A stretch of 64,000 bases of DNA from NCBI GenBank assembly GCA_964613715.1, contig CAZTJK010000003.1:7322-71321 (forward strand), given 5' to 3'. Below are positions 50,945 to 59,126 of the stretch, one piece after another (position 1 is the stretch's first letter; each line of letters begins with the position of its first letter). A program made the translations under genes and the position numbers. Source of the stretch: an uncultured Candidatus Saccharibacteria bacterium. GTDB lineage: Bacteria; Patescibacteriota; Minisyncoccia; Phycocordibacterales; GWA1-40-21. The notes under the pieces are model-generated. The model worked only from the letters and a program-made list of their open reading frames with translations. It did not search any database and was not told the DNA's origin.

Positions 50945-51598
50945 ATGATACAGACGAGCGTAGACACGATGCACTCCTATGATCCGATTGCCATCCTGAA
51001 GGCCCTTCGAGACCTTATTTTCGGCATTCCGGGCGGCAAAACAGCGACGAGTACTCTCATTGGGCAGATCCATCAGACGGCTGCTGATGTGGCCCAAACT
51101 GCCCCGTATTATCTCATCAACCTGTTCGCCAAATACGCCGTATTCGCATTCCTGTTTTCCATCGCTATGCTTATCGTCATCGTGCTCTATGCCTATCGGT
51201 ATAATGCGACAAAAGACAGAATGATCAAAAAAATCGTGCCGCAGGGCAGCGAGGCCGGCGGAGATATGGCAGCTACTGAAGCGGAAAATCCGAAATGGAA
51301 GCTCGTGCAAGAGCATATCAATTCCGATGACCCGAACAAATGGAAGCTTGCCATCCTTGAGTCCGATATCATTCTTGCCGATCTGTTGGACAGCTTGCAG
51401 CTGCCGGGGGACGGCGTCGGAGAAAAGCTGAAAGCAGTGGAAAAATCTGATTTCAATACGATCGAGGATGCATGGGAAGCGCATAAGATCAGGAATGCGA
51501 TCGCGCATGAAGGATCTGATTTCCTCATCAATGCACGGGAAGCGAAGCGCGTGATCGGGCTCTACGAGAATGTATTCACCGAGTTCGAGATAATCTAA
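50945..51598 (+). CDS. Conserved hypothetical membrane-anchored protein
   Basis: WKLAILESD...GEKLK...AWEAHKIRNAIAHE (RxxxxH HEPN-like motif). Confidence 0.7.
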   Translation: MIQTSVDTMHSYDPIAILKALRDLIFGIPGGKTATSTLIGQIHQTAADVAQTAPYYLINLFAKYAVFAFLFSIAMLIVIVLYAYRYNATKDRMIKKIVPQGSEAGGDMAATEAENPKWKLVQEHINSDDPNKWKLAILESDIILADLLDSLQLPGDGVGEKLKAVEKSDFNTIEDAWEAHKIRNAIAHEGSDFLINAREAKRVIGLYENVFTEFEII

Positions 51599-51628
51599 AA
51601 GGCCTCTTCCGAGGCCTTTTCAATTATG

Positions 51629-51702
51629 CGCGACCGAGCGGACTCGAACCGCCGACCTCCCGCGTGACAGGCGGGCGCTCTAACCAGCTGAGCTACGATC
51701 GC
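51629..51702 (-). tRNA. tRNA-Asp (GUC)
   Basis: Cloverleaf; CCCGC-CT-GTC-AC-GCGGG. Confidence 0.93.
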
Positions 51703-51750
51703 AACCCCGATAAAATAGCAGAAATATTGATTCTCGGCAATTTCATCGTG

Positions 51751-51821
51751 TGTCGATGGATGGAATCGGACCATCGTTTGAGGCTTATGAGTCCCCCGTT
51801 CTACCATTGAACTACACCGAC
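51751..51821 (-). tRNA. tRNA-Met (CAU), elongator type, atypical
   Basis: GTCGGTG/CATCGAC acceptor; CT-CAT-AA loop; T-loop TCCGATT; A31-G39 mismatch. Confidence 0.8.
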
Positions 51822-51904
51822 ATTCGTCGCACTATAGCATTTTTCCTCTGAAAAACAAATCAAAATGCTGCGCGCCCGAAGGGCGCGCAGCATTTTGATT
51901 CTTG

Positions 51905-51975
51905 TTGCGGGGACAGGATTTGCACCTATATCTTCAGGTTATGAGCCTGACGAATTACTGTTACTCTACCCCGCT
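51905..51975 (-). tRNA. tRNA-fMet (CAU), initiator-like
   Basis: A1/A72 mismatch, GCGGGG/CCCCGC stem, TCAGG-CT-CAT-AA-CCTGA; T-loop TGCAAAT. Confidence 0.85.
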
Positions 51976-52103
51976 AGTAGGGCAGTATACGCTGAAACAC
52001 TGAAAAATCAAGGTTCTGCTAGACTTGGTTGACAATATTTCTCGTAGCACGTATCGTGCATGATAGCTCGTTATTTTATATTTTACAGAAGGATGGTGGC
52101 GCC

Positions 52104-52421
52104 ATGGCCGATCAGCCAAGAGCTCCGAAAGAATGCGATAAAACTATCTACGAAAAGGGGATATTTGTTTGTATGACCGATAGTATCCCGGCGGATGCTA
52201 CGGAGCAGTGGGTTCAGAAAATTGCCAAACAATCCGGCCAGAAGGTTGATTGGTTTTTTATGGGAGGACGGATTGTCGTAAAAGCCCTGGGAGATATGCA
52301 AAAGGTGCGATCGGCTGTTCGTGCATTGACACCGGAGCACAACAGGCTTTTTCGGGAAGCAGCTCAAAGTAGGGTGCCGGGATTGTCTGCAGCTTCGATA
52401 GTCGTGCCAAAGCTTCTGTAA
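52104..52421 (+). CDS. Hypothetical protein
   Basis: TTGACA promoter; purine-rich SD-like sequence; 105 aa. Confidence 0.6.
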   Translation: MADQPRAPKECDKTIYEKGIFVCMTDSIPADATEQWVQKIAKQSGQKVDWFFMGGRIVVKALGDMQKVRSAVRALTPEHNRLFREAAQSRVPGLSAASIVVPKLL

Positions 52422-52462
52422 TCTGGGAGTGTTCGTATACGCGTACCATTCGGTACGCGTAT

Positions 52463-53419
52463 TTATTTTATGATTTTCTCTATCACCTGCCGTATTGCTT
52501 TCGGATCGGAAACGAGTGCGCCTTTGTCGTTTGTGACGGCAAGCGGCGCGAAGATAACGCGTTTGTCGGAGCGCTTCACGAATTTACTGAGCTCGACTTT
52601 GCTTTCGAGAGAATAGTTCAGCAGCACTTTTTTGGCGATCGGCGCATTATTCGAAACGATATGGTCGACTTTCGTGCCGAGGTATTTCTCGATCTCGCGG
52701 ATGAAATCGTCTGCGGTATAGTTGTCCGTTTCGCCGGATTTCGTCATGATATTCAAAAAGAGAATGATGGTCGCACCGCTTTTCTTCACGGCTTCCTTGA
52801 CGCCGGATGGCAAGAGCGTCGGTACGATGCTGGAATACAAATCTCCTGGAGAAATGATGATATAGTCGGCCGTGGTAATTGCTTTTTTCACATCACTCGA
52901 TGCTGAGACACGCGGCGACAGATACACGCTTTTGATGGAATGAACATTCGGATTCCAAAGCGGATTTTGCGCAATCGTATCGATATTCGTCTCGCCAGAA
53001 ATGACGCTGCCCATGGCAAGCTTCGCGCGCAATTCCGTCTTCTGTTCGGTGACCGGCAATACAGTATGGCCGTTGATATCGCAGATATCTGCCATAGTCT
53101 TCATTGCTGAACGGAGATTGCCCGTTTCCTCAAGGGCGAAGAAAAGGAGGTTCTTGATGGAGTGCCCCTCGATCGGCCCTGCGCCATAACGGTAGGAAAG
53201 AGCCTTTGCAAGCGCTGGCTTTCTCGAGAGTGCGACGATGCATTTGGTCAGGTCACCGAGGTAGCCGCTTGCGCCATAGGCGTCAGCGAGGATACCGGTA
53301 GAGCCTCCGGAATCGGTGCTCGGGCAGATCGCGGTAATGGCGATGTCTTTCGTATCCTTGAGTGCCGAGAGCACTTGCGAATGGCCGCTGCCGCCGCCGA
53401 GCGTGACGATATTTTTCAT
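52463..53419 (-). CDS. YvcK/CofD-like (UPF0052) protein
   Basis: IVTLGGGSG, DSGGSTG, GHSIKNL, PGDLYSSIVPTL. Confidence 0.9.
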   Translation of the reverse strand: MKNIVTLGGGSGHSQVLSALKDTKDIAITAICPSTDSGGSTGILADAYGASGYLGDLTKCIVALSRKPALAKALSYRYGAGPIEGHSIKNLLFFALEETGNLRSAMKTMADICDINGHTVLPVTEQKTELRAKLAMGSVISGETNIDTIAQNPLWNPNVHSIKSVYLSPRVSASSDVKKAITTADYIIISPGDLYSSIVPTLLPSGVKEAVKKSGATIILFLNIMTKSGETDNYTADDFIREIEKYLGTKVDHIVSNNAPIAKKVLLNYSLESKVELSKFVKRSDKRVIFAPLAVTNDKGALVSDPKAIRQVIEKIIK

Positions 53420-53437
53420 AGTGGGTATTCTACGCGC

Positions 53438-53974
53438 CTAGGCATTTTTGACAAGCTGCACGGCGCTTTTCTCGAGCAGCGTTTTCTGGAGCTCCCGCGC
53501 GGTACCGATATCGATGATGTCGAGCACCACTTCCGATTCTTCGCCGTGCTTGCCGTCAGTGGTAGCGGCAGTGAGCACGATGATCTTGCCGATGCCGACA
53601 AGCTTGCCGAGAATACTTTCATCGATGTCGACATCCTGGATCTGGCGATAGGGAATGGATATCTCGTCCTTGCTGATAATGCCGCGATTGATCCTGAACG
53701 CGAAGTCATCGAGCATGATATGCGTGCCGAAATAGCGCCAGAGATTGACGAATAAGCCGATCGCGATCGCGGCGATCGCGAAAAGATAAAGTCCTCCGGT
53801 CAGGAAGAGGATAATCTTGTTCACGCCGTCTGCGCTCGTATAGCCGGAATGAAGGAAGAGGCCGATGACGGTATTCTTGAATGAGAGCAACGCAAGCGAA
53901 AGAAACAAAAGTATCACGCCCGGCAACAAGCCCTTGATCACGTAGGCGATAAGCGCGCGGAATCCAAGTGTCAT
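53438..53974 (-). CDS. Bacterial PH-domain membrane protein
   Basis: 2 TM then RGIISKDEISIPYRQIQDV...GIGKIIVLTA. Confidence 0.8.
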   Translation of the reverse strand: MTLGFRALIAYVIKGLLPGVILLFLSLALLSFKNTVIGLFLHSGYTSADGVNKIILFLTGGLYLFAIAAIAIGLFVNLWRYFGTHIMLDDFAFRINRGIISKDEISIPYRQIQDVDIDESILGKLVGIGKIIVLTAATTDGKHGEESEVVLDIIDIGTARELQKTLLEKSAVQLVKNA

Positions 53975-54067
53975 GCTTCTATGCTAGCATAGAGTCCCTT
54001 CGAGGAGAACCATCTTTTCCTTTTGCAAAAAAGGGAAAAATCGCTTAGTATGCACAGTGCTTGCCGT

Positions 54068-54143
54068 GCCGTTGTAGCTCAGTCGGTAGAGCACGTCATT
54101 GGTAATGACGAGGTCACCAGTTCGATCCTGGTCAACGGCTCCA
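54068..54143 (+). tRNA. tRNA-Thr (GGU), CCA encoded
   Basis: GCCGTTG/CAACGGC; CGTCA-TT-GGT-AA-TGACG. Confidence 0.94.
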
Positions 54144-54144
54144 G

Positions 54145-54217
54145 GCCACCTTAGCTCAGTTGGTAGAGCACATCTTTCGTAAAGATGGGGTCCGCGGTTC
54201 GATCCCGCGAGGTGGCT
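54145..54217 (+). tRNA. tRNA-Thr (CGU)
   Basis: GCCACCT/AGGTGGC; CATCT-TT-CGT-AA-AGATG. Confidence 0.94.
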
Positions 54218-54261
54218 CAAAAGGACAGTTGCATTTTGTGTGCCGAGTGCTAGCATTTTCA

Positions 54262-54546
54262 TATCCGAAAGAATTTCTGTCTGTAGGCTTTACGGCCATA
54301 GATAGGCGGATTGAGGAGCCTGGATTAGATACCCAGGTTGCGGTTGTGCAAGCGCGGACGTTGTCCGCGAGCATGGAGCCGGTTCTCGGCTATTCTGCAC
54401 AGGTAGGCCTGCGATTGCGATGGGCCACATGCCTTGTCTTGACCTCCGCCTTTGCCTTCTTTCGGATTCGGATGTTGTACCGCCGATTGCATTCGGCGGC
54501 TTAGAATCCTCCGCTTTCCATTGGGTAGCGGGGGATTTTTTATTTT
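54262..54546 (+). ncRNA. Unknown multi-branched structured RNA (unit 1)
   Basis: TGCTAGCAT -10 at 54248-54256; 11-bp closing stem 54263-54273/54457-54467; several internal hairpins; terminator 54505-54546. Confidence 0.65.
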
Positions 54547-54565
54547 AACTATGTTAGTATTTTAT

Positions 54566-54742
54566 GGTTCAGAAAAGATGAGGTTTGAGAGGGTTCTTCA
54601 CGTCATGCTTGTCGCTTTCTGTTGTGTATGCCAGATTCAAAAACCACAACAGGTATGTTTCAAGTTGACGAACTTGTACACACCGCCTTTCCAATTTTTC
54701 TGGACAATAATAATCCCCGCGGCTTTGTCACGGGGATTTTTT
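54566..54742 (+). ncRNA. Unknown rod-like structured RNA (unit 2)
   Basis: TGTTAGTAT -10 at 54552-54560; closing stem 54567-54580/54692-54705; nested stems; terminator 54712-54742. Confidence 0.6.
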
Positions 54743-54792
54743 GTGTCATTCTGTGCTTACTTGAGTTCAAAATGAATTGTGCTACTATTTTT

Positions 54793-54951
54793 GTAGGTTA
54801 GGGGCTCTCTCTCGTGCGCGAGGGAGGTACCACATCCGGATCGGAAAAAAGCTACCGATATAAGGACCGGCTGAAACGAACTTTCCCATAAATTCTGGCG
54901 AGTTCCTGCCTACCTGACCTATTCCCCTGTCTGCAGATGGGGGATTTTTTT
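54793..54951 (+). ncRNA. Unknown junction-type structured RNA (unit 3)
   Basis: TTGAGT/TGCTACTAT promoter; TAGGTTAGG/CCTGACCTA closing stem; three internal hairpins; terminator 54923-54951. Confidence 0.62.
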
Positions 54952-54976
54952 ATGGCCTTCTGCTATACTCGACCCC

Positions 54977-55849
54977 ATGAAAGAAGAACTCGAAGCGAAG
55001 CTGAAATCATTGGAAGCCGACGTGCAACGCCCGGATTTCTGGACGGATAAGGCGAAAGCGCAGGCGACGCTCAAGGAAATCAATTTCCTCAAATCTGAAA
55101 TACTCGGCAAGAACAAATACGATGCGGGCCATGCCATCATGACCATCTTTTCCGGGGCGGGGGGCGATGATGCGGAGGATTTTTCCCGGATACTTTTTGA
55201 AATGTATTCGAAATATTGCGCCAAGCAGAACTGGGACTATCGCATCGTGGATGAGACGGAAAACGACCACGGCGGCTATCGCAATATCACGCTCGAGATC
55301 ATCGGGCCGAATGCCTACGGTCTCTTGAAGCATGAGTCTGGCGTGCATCGTCTCGTGCGCCTGTCGCCCTTCAATGCGAAAAGTCTGCGGCAGACTTCCT
55401 TTTCGCTTGTCGAAGTTGTGCCGAAAATTGATAAAGATGGCGAGATACAAGTCCCGGATACTGAGCTCAAGATAGATATCTCGAAAGCAGGCGGTCCCGG
55501 CGGACAGAACGTGAACAAGCGCGAGACGGCGGTGCGCATGGTCCATATTCCGACTGGTATCGCGGTACGCAGCGCTTCCGAGCGTTCGCAGCAGCAGAAT
55601 CGCGAGAAAGCACTCCAAGTATTGAAGGGCAAATTGTATAAGCTGAAAGAAGCGGAGGATAAGGCCAAGCAAAGCGGCATGCATATCTCGAAGACGGTAT
55701 CGATAGACTGGGGGAATCAGATACGCTCGTATGTCTTTCACCCGTATAAGATGATCAAGGATCATCGCACGGATGTGGAAACGGCGAATATCGACAAGGT
55801 ATTGAATGGCGATCTTACTGATTTCATCGACGCGGAGAAGAATCTATAA
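54977..55849 (+). CDS. prfB: Peptide chain release factor 2 (shortened domain 1, no frameshift)
   Basis: ESGVHRLVRLSPF, GGPGGQNVNK, WGNQIRSY. Confidence 0.93.
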   Translation: MKEELEAKLKSLEADVQRPDFWTDKAKAQATLKEINFLKSEILGKNKYDAGHAIMTIFSGAGGDDAEDFSRILFEMYSKYCAKQNWDYRIVDETENDHGGYRNITLEIIGPNAYGLLKHESGVHRLVRLSPFNAKSLRQTSFSLVEVVPKIDKDGEIQVPDTELKIDISKAGGPGGQNVNKRETAVRMVHIPTGIAVRSASERSQQQNREKALQVLKGKLYKLKEAEDKAKQSGMHISKTVSIDWGNQIRSYVFHPYKMIKDHRTDVETANIDKVLNGDLTDFIDAEKNL

Positions 55850-55924
55850 GAGAAAACTGGGCGGGCCTGCAAAGCAGGCCCGCCCAGTTTTATTTCTCCG
55901 GTAATACTGCTATACTATTCATTC

Positions 55925-56605
55925 ATGATCGTTTTCGAGAAAGTCAGCAAGATATACGCAGATGAGACCGTCGCGCTCGACGAGGTGACCGTCTCCATAG
56001 ATCCGAAAGAATTCGTCTCTATCGTCGGCCACTCCGGCGCGGGCAAGACCACCCTTATCAAGATGCTCCTGGCCGAGGAAAAGCCGACCTCCGGCCGCGT
56101 TTTTTACGAGTCCCTCGATATCCATAAGCTGAAAAAGAACGAGATCCATCATCTCCGCAGGAAGATCGGCACGGTGTTTCAGGATTTTCGCCTCCTGCCC
56201 AACAAGACCGTCTATGAGAACATCGCTTTTGCCATGGAAGTGTCCGGAAAAGGCGATGCGGAAATCCATGCTGATGTGCCGCATGTCTTGGAGCTCGTCA
56301 ATCTTGGCAATAAGGCATTTAATTTCCCGCACGAACTTTCAGGAGGAGAAAAGCAACGCGTCGCCATCGCCCGTGCCATCGTGAACCAGCCGGATATCAT
56401 CATTGCCGACGAGCCAACCGGCAATCTTGACCCGATCAATACCTATGAAGTCGTGCAGATCCTGAAGAAGATCAATGATCTCGGCACGACGGTCATCCTT
56501 ACCACCCACAACAAAGGCGTGATCGACAGCCTCGGCAGGCGTGTGCTCACCATGGAAAACGGCAAGGTGGTCCGCGATGACAAGACAGGTAAGTTTTCAA
56601 TGTAG
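55925..56605 (+). CDS. ftsE: Cell division ABC ATPase FtsE
   Basis: [34 protein letters not shown]. Confidence 0.94.
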   Translation: MIVFEKVSKIYADETVALDEVTVSIDPKEFVSIVGHSGAGKTTLIKMLLAEEKPTSGRVFYESLDIHKLKKNEIHHLRRKIGTVFQDFRLLPNKTVYENIAFAMEVSGKGDAEIHADVPHVLELVNLGNKAFNFPHELSGGEKQRVAIARAIVNQPDIIIADEPTGNLDPINTYEVVQILKKINDLGTTVILTTHNKGVIDSLGRRVLTMENGKVVRDDKTGKFSM

Positions 56606-56620
56606 TATAATGCAATAACG

Positions 56621-57553
56621 ATGTTCTGGCTCAATACCAAAAGAATTATCCGCTCCGGCCTTCAGAATTTCTTCAGGAACGGCTTCGTTTCGCTTTCATC
56701 CGTGCTCGTCATGACGATTACGCTGTTTATCATCGCTTCCGTAATGATTCTCGGCGGCTTTTTGAACTACAGCCTCAATCAGGTCAAGGAAAAGGTGGAT
56801 GTGAAAGTGTATTTCGTCACGACTGCCGATGAAAACGACATTCTTGCCATCAAGAAATCGCTCGAGGGGCTCGCTGAAGTGGCTCGTGTCGAATACACCT
56901 CACGCGACACAGCACTTGCCAATTTCCGTGACAAACACGCGGGCGACAGCCTCACGCTCGCTGCGCTCGACGAGCTTGGCGATAATCCGCTCGGCGCATC
57001 GCTCAATATCAAAGCGAAGGATCCGTCCCAATATGCCGGCATCGCCGAATTCTTGAATGGCAATAGCTCGGAGCTCCTGTCCAAAGACGGCTCGAAGATC
57101 ATCGACAGCGTGAATTATGCCCAGAACAAGATGGTTATTGATCGCTTGAATAGTATACTCAATTCAGCAAACAAGCTCGGCCTTTCGCTCGCCATCCTCT
57201 TCATCATCATCTCGGTGCTCGTGACTTTCAATACCATCAAGCTGACCATTTTCATGGCACGTGATGAAATATCCGTCATGCGGCTTGTCGGCGCCTCAAG
57301 CAAATACGTGAAGGGGCCGTTCGTCGTCTCTGGCGTATTTTGCGGCATCATCTCGGCATTCCTTGTCATCCTCTGTTTTGCTGTCATTACCTACGGTATC
57401 AATCATTATTACAGCGCCTATTTTGTCGGCTTCGATCTCTTCTCGTATTATATGCAGATCTTTTTCAAGATAGCGGGAGTTGTTTTCGGATCAGGCATAC
57501 TTGCCGGTGCCATCGCAAGCTATCTGGCAGCGCAGAAGTATTTGAAGAATTAA
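56621..57553 (+). CDS. ftsX: Cell division permease FtsX
   Basis: FFRNG, NPLGASL, NTIKLTI, EISVMRLVGAS...KGPF. Confidence 0.93.
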   Translation: MFWLNTKRIIRSGLQNFFRNGFVSLSSVLVMTITLFIIASVMILGGFLNYSLNQVKEKVDVKVYFVTTADENDILAIKKSLEGLAEVARVEYTSRDTALANFRDKHAGDSLTLAALDELGDNPLGASLNIKAKDPSQYAGIAEFLNGNSSELLSKDGSKIIDSVNYAQNKMVIDRLNSILNSANKLGLSLAILFIIISVLVTFNTIKLTIFMARDEISVMRLVGASSKYVKGPFVVSGVFCGIISAFLVILCFAVITYGINHYYSAYFVGFDLFSYYMQIFFKIAGVVFGSGILAGAIASYLAAQKYLKN

Positions 57554-57632
57554 AAGGATAAAAGGGCGCGGGCCTTCGGCCCGCGCCCTTTTCCCTTGAA
57601 AAAACGGCATTTTCAGGTATCATCAGCCGTAT

Positions 57633-57703
57633 TGCGGGATCGTCTAATGGTAGGACACGCCCCTCTGGAGGGTGGTATCTTGGTTCGAGTCCAAGTCCCG
57701 CAG
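57633..57703 (+). tRNA. tRNA-Gln (CUG)
   Basis: TGCGGGA/TCCCGCA; CGCCC-CT-CTG-GA-GGGTG. Confidence 0.92.
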
Positions 57704-57704
57704 C

Positions 57705-57863
57705 AAAAAGAACACAGCGATTTTTGCTGCGGGAAGCAAGCGCAGAGCTTGCGTCTTGGACGAGAAGACCTTGAGTATATCGCACGGAGCCTTTGCGAGT
57801 ACGATACGAAAGGTGTACAGTGCCTGTAAGGAACGAGATGCGAAGCGGTCCAAGTCCCGCAGC
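57705..57863 (+). repeat. tRNA-Gln-3'-end-associated palindromic element
   Basis: 16-bp direct repeat GTCCAAGTCCCGCAGC (57689-57704 and 57848-57863) plus a split inverted copy (57721-57734, 57755-57761). Confidence 0.75.
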
Positions 57864-57889
57864 TAGCAAATCTCGGTATAATCATCAAC

Positions 57890-58147
57890 ATGCTTGTTGT
57901 ATCGAAAAAAATTTCATTGCTTCTTCTCGGCATTACGGCTATCACCTGCTCCAGGATCTTGTTTCTTTGTATTAACGATCCTGAAGGCCCAAATCTGCTC
58001 GTCGTTCTAGGTATGGCAGCGATTCTCTACTTTTTGTCTTTGGCAGTATATGTATTCCTTCCCGCAACCGTCAGTCTCAAGAAGCTCCCATTGGCTATTT
58101 TGACACAGCTGCTCATAGCCGCCGGATTATATTTTTGTTTGCGCTGA
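57890..58147 (+). CDS. Small 3-TM membrane protein
   Basis: NDPEGPNLLVV motif; GGTATAAT just upstream. Confidence 0.7.
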   Translation: MLVVSKKISLLLLGITAITCSRILFLCINDPEGPNLLVVLGMAAILYFLSLAVYVFLPATVSLKKLPLAILTQLLIAAGLYFCLR

Positions 58148-58237
58148 GAGTTCCAGCCTCGCACGAGCCGGAGTATTTTCTCATTTCTCATTCATGCATG
58201 CTATACTTGCATCCAGTTATAAGCTAAACATATTCAT

Positions 58238-58262
58238 ATGAATCCAGTCCTGCATTTCGAAA
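58238..58262 (+). pseudogene. Truncated 5' end of a VOC/glyoxalase gene (MNPVLHFE)
   Basis: AATCCAGTCCTGCATTTCGAAA resembles 63545-63566 (NPVVHFE); own TGCTATACT promoter. Confidence 0.65.
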
Positions 58263-58268
58263 AAAGAT

Positions 58269-59111
58269 TTATCGCCATATTTTTCCGAATATCCTTTCAG
58301 ACAATGCTATAAGCTCAGAATCGTTTTTAATTGTTTCAAAAATAGGATCTTGATCATATTCTTTCCATCTTTCAAGGACTGACATTTTTAAGGCATCTTC
58401 TTTGAATTTCATCCCATCGAAAGAGCTGCCGCCTCCATAAGTCGAAACTTTTGGCCATTGAGCTACTTCTAGCTCGCAACCCAGCTTTTTTGAAAGCTCG
58501 AGCCTGTAATCCTCATCCAGGAACCATGTATTGAAGTTTATGGTAATTTTGTCAGGTAGATGATTTGTCATTCCCAAAAATTCTCGAGCGTGCGATTTCC
58601 AGACAGTTATCGTATGTGCATAAGCTGCGCTTTTTAGTTTGATATCCTGAAGCGTCAATTCTCGGCCGCTTTTTATCCTGCTTGCGATGAAATTATAAAT
58701 ATCTCGCAGAATGAGTATACATTTCCTATTTTTGTACGGAGCGAAGTGATTGGCAAAATCATCTACTGACATGGGTAAATGGGCAGGATCGAGATTCTCG
58801 AAATTCATCATTAATAGATTTTTTTCAGAATTGAAAATCCTTGTTTTTATATCCCTTGTTTCTGGAAGGAATTCCTTAAGCTTTTCCTTTACTAATCCAT
58901 GCTTGACCCAGCTATCGCTTATCTTAGAATAGTATTTTCTGTTATTATAGTGATATTGGACTCGGTTTTCGAATAGAGAGTCAGGCGATGAGAAATCGCA
59001 ATAATTGAAGAAGAATTTTTCCGGCCCAAATTGCTCGTAGATCCATTCCATGACCCCATGGTGGCCGCTACGGGACATCGCTATCACGAGGAATAAGTTT
59101 TTATTAGGCAT
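58269..59111 (-). CDS. Sulfotransferase-like P-loop protein
   Basis: IAMSRSGHH (5'-PSB-like) and LRDIYNFIASR (3'-PB-like) motifs. Confidence 0.65.
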   Translation of the reverse strand: MPNKNLFLVIAMSRSGHHGVMEWIYEQFGPEKFFFNYCDFSSPDSLFENRVQYHYNNRKYYSKISDSWVKHGLVKEKLKEFLPETRDIKTRIFNSEKNLLMMNFENLDPAHLPMSVDDFANHFAPYKNRKCILILRDIYNFIASRIKSGRELTLQDIKLKSAAYAHTITVWKSHAREFLGMTNHLPDKITINFNTWFLDEDYRLELSKKLGCELEVAQWPKVSTYGGGSSFDGMKFKEDALKMSVLERWKEYDQDPIFETIKNDSELIALSERIFGKIWR

Positions 59112-59126
59112 AGATTACTTATCAGT

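Noticed and set aside
53984-54775. ORFs 53984-54262, 54156-54374, 54160-54504 and 54452-54775
   Set aside because: They overlap tRNAs or cross terminators and have no recognisable protein features
54262-54951. A 16S/23S rRNA gene or rRNA pseudogene
   Set aside because: Only isolated 13-15-nt motifs match; the spacing and flanks are not rRNA, and the units have their own promoters and terminators
54262-54951. RNase P RNA, SRP RNA or hammerhead ribozyme
   Set aside because: No GAGGAAAGUCC or ACAGAA..CGGCUUA pair, no SRP helix-8 motif and no CUGAnGA core found by eye in the + strand units; an Rfam scan is still needed
57465-57975. Several short ORFs over tRNA-Gln and its downstream element
   Set aside because: They are explained by the tRNA and palindromic sequence and lack coding signals
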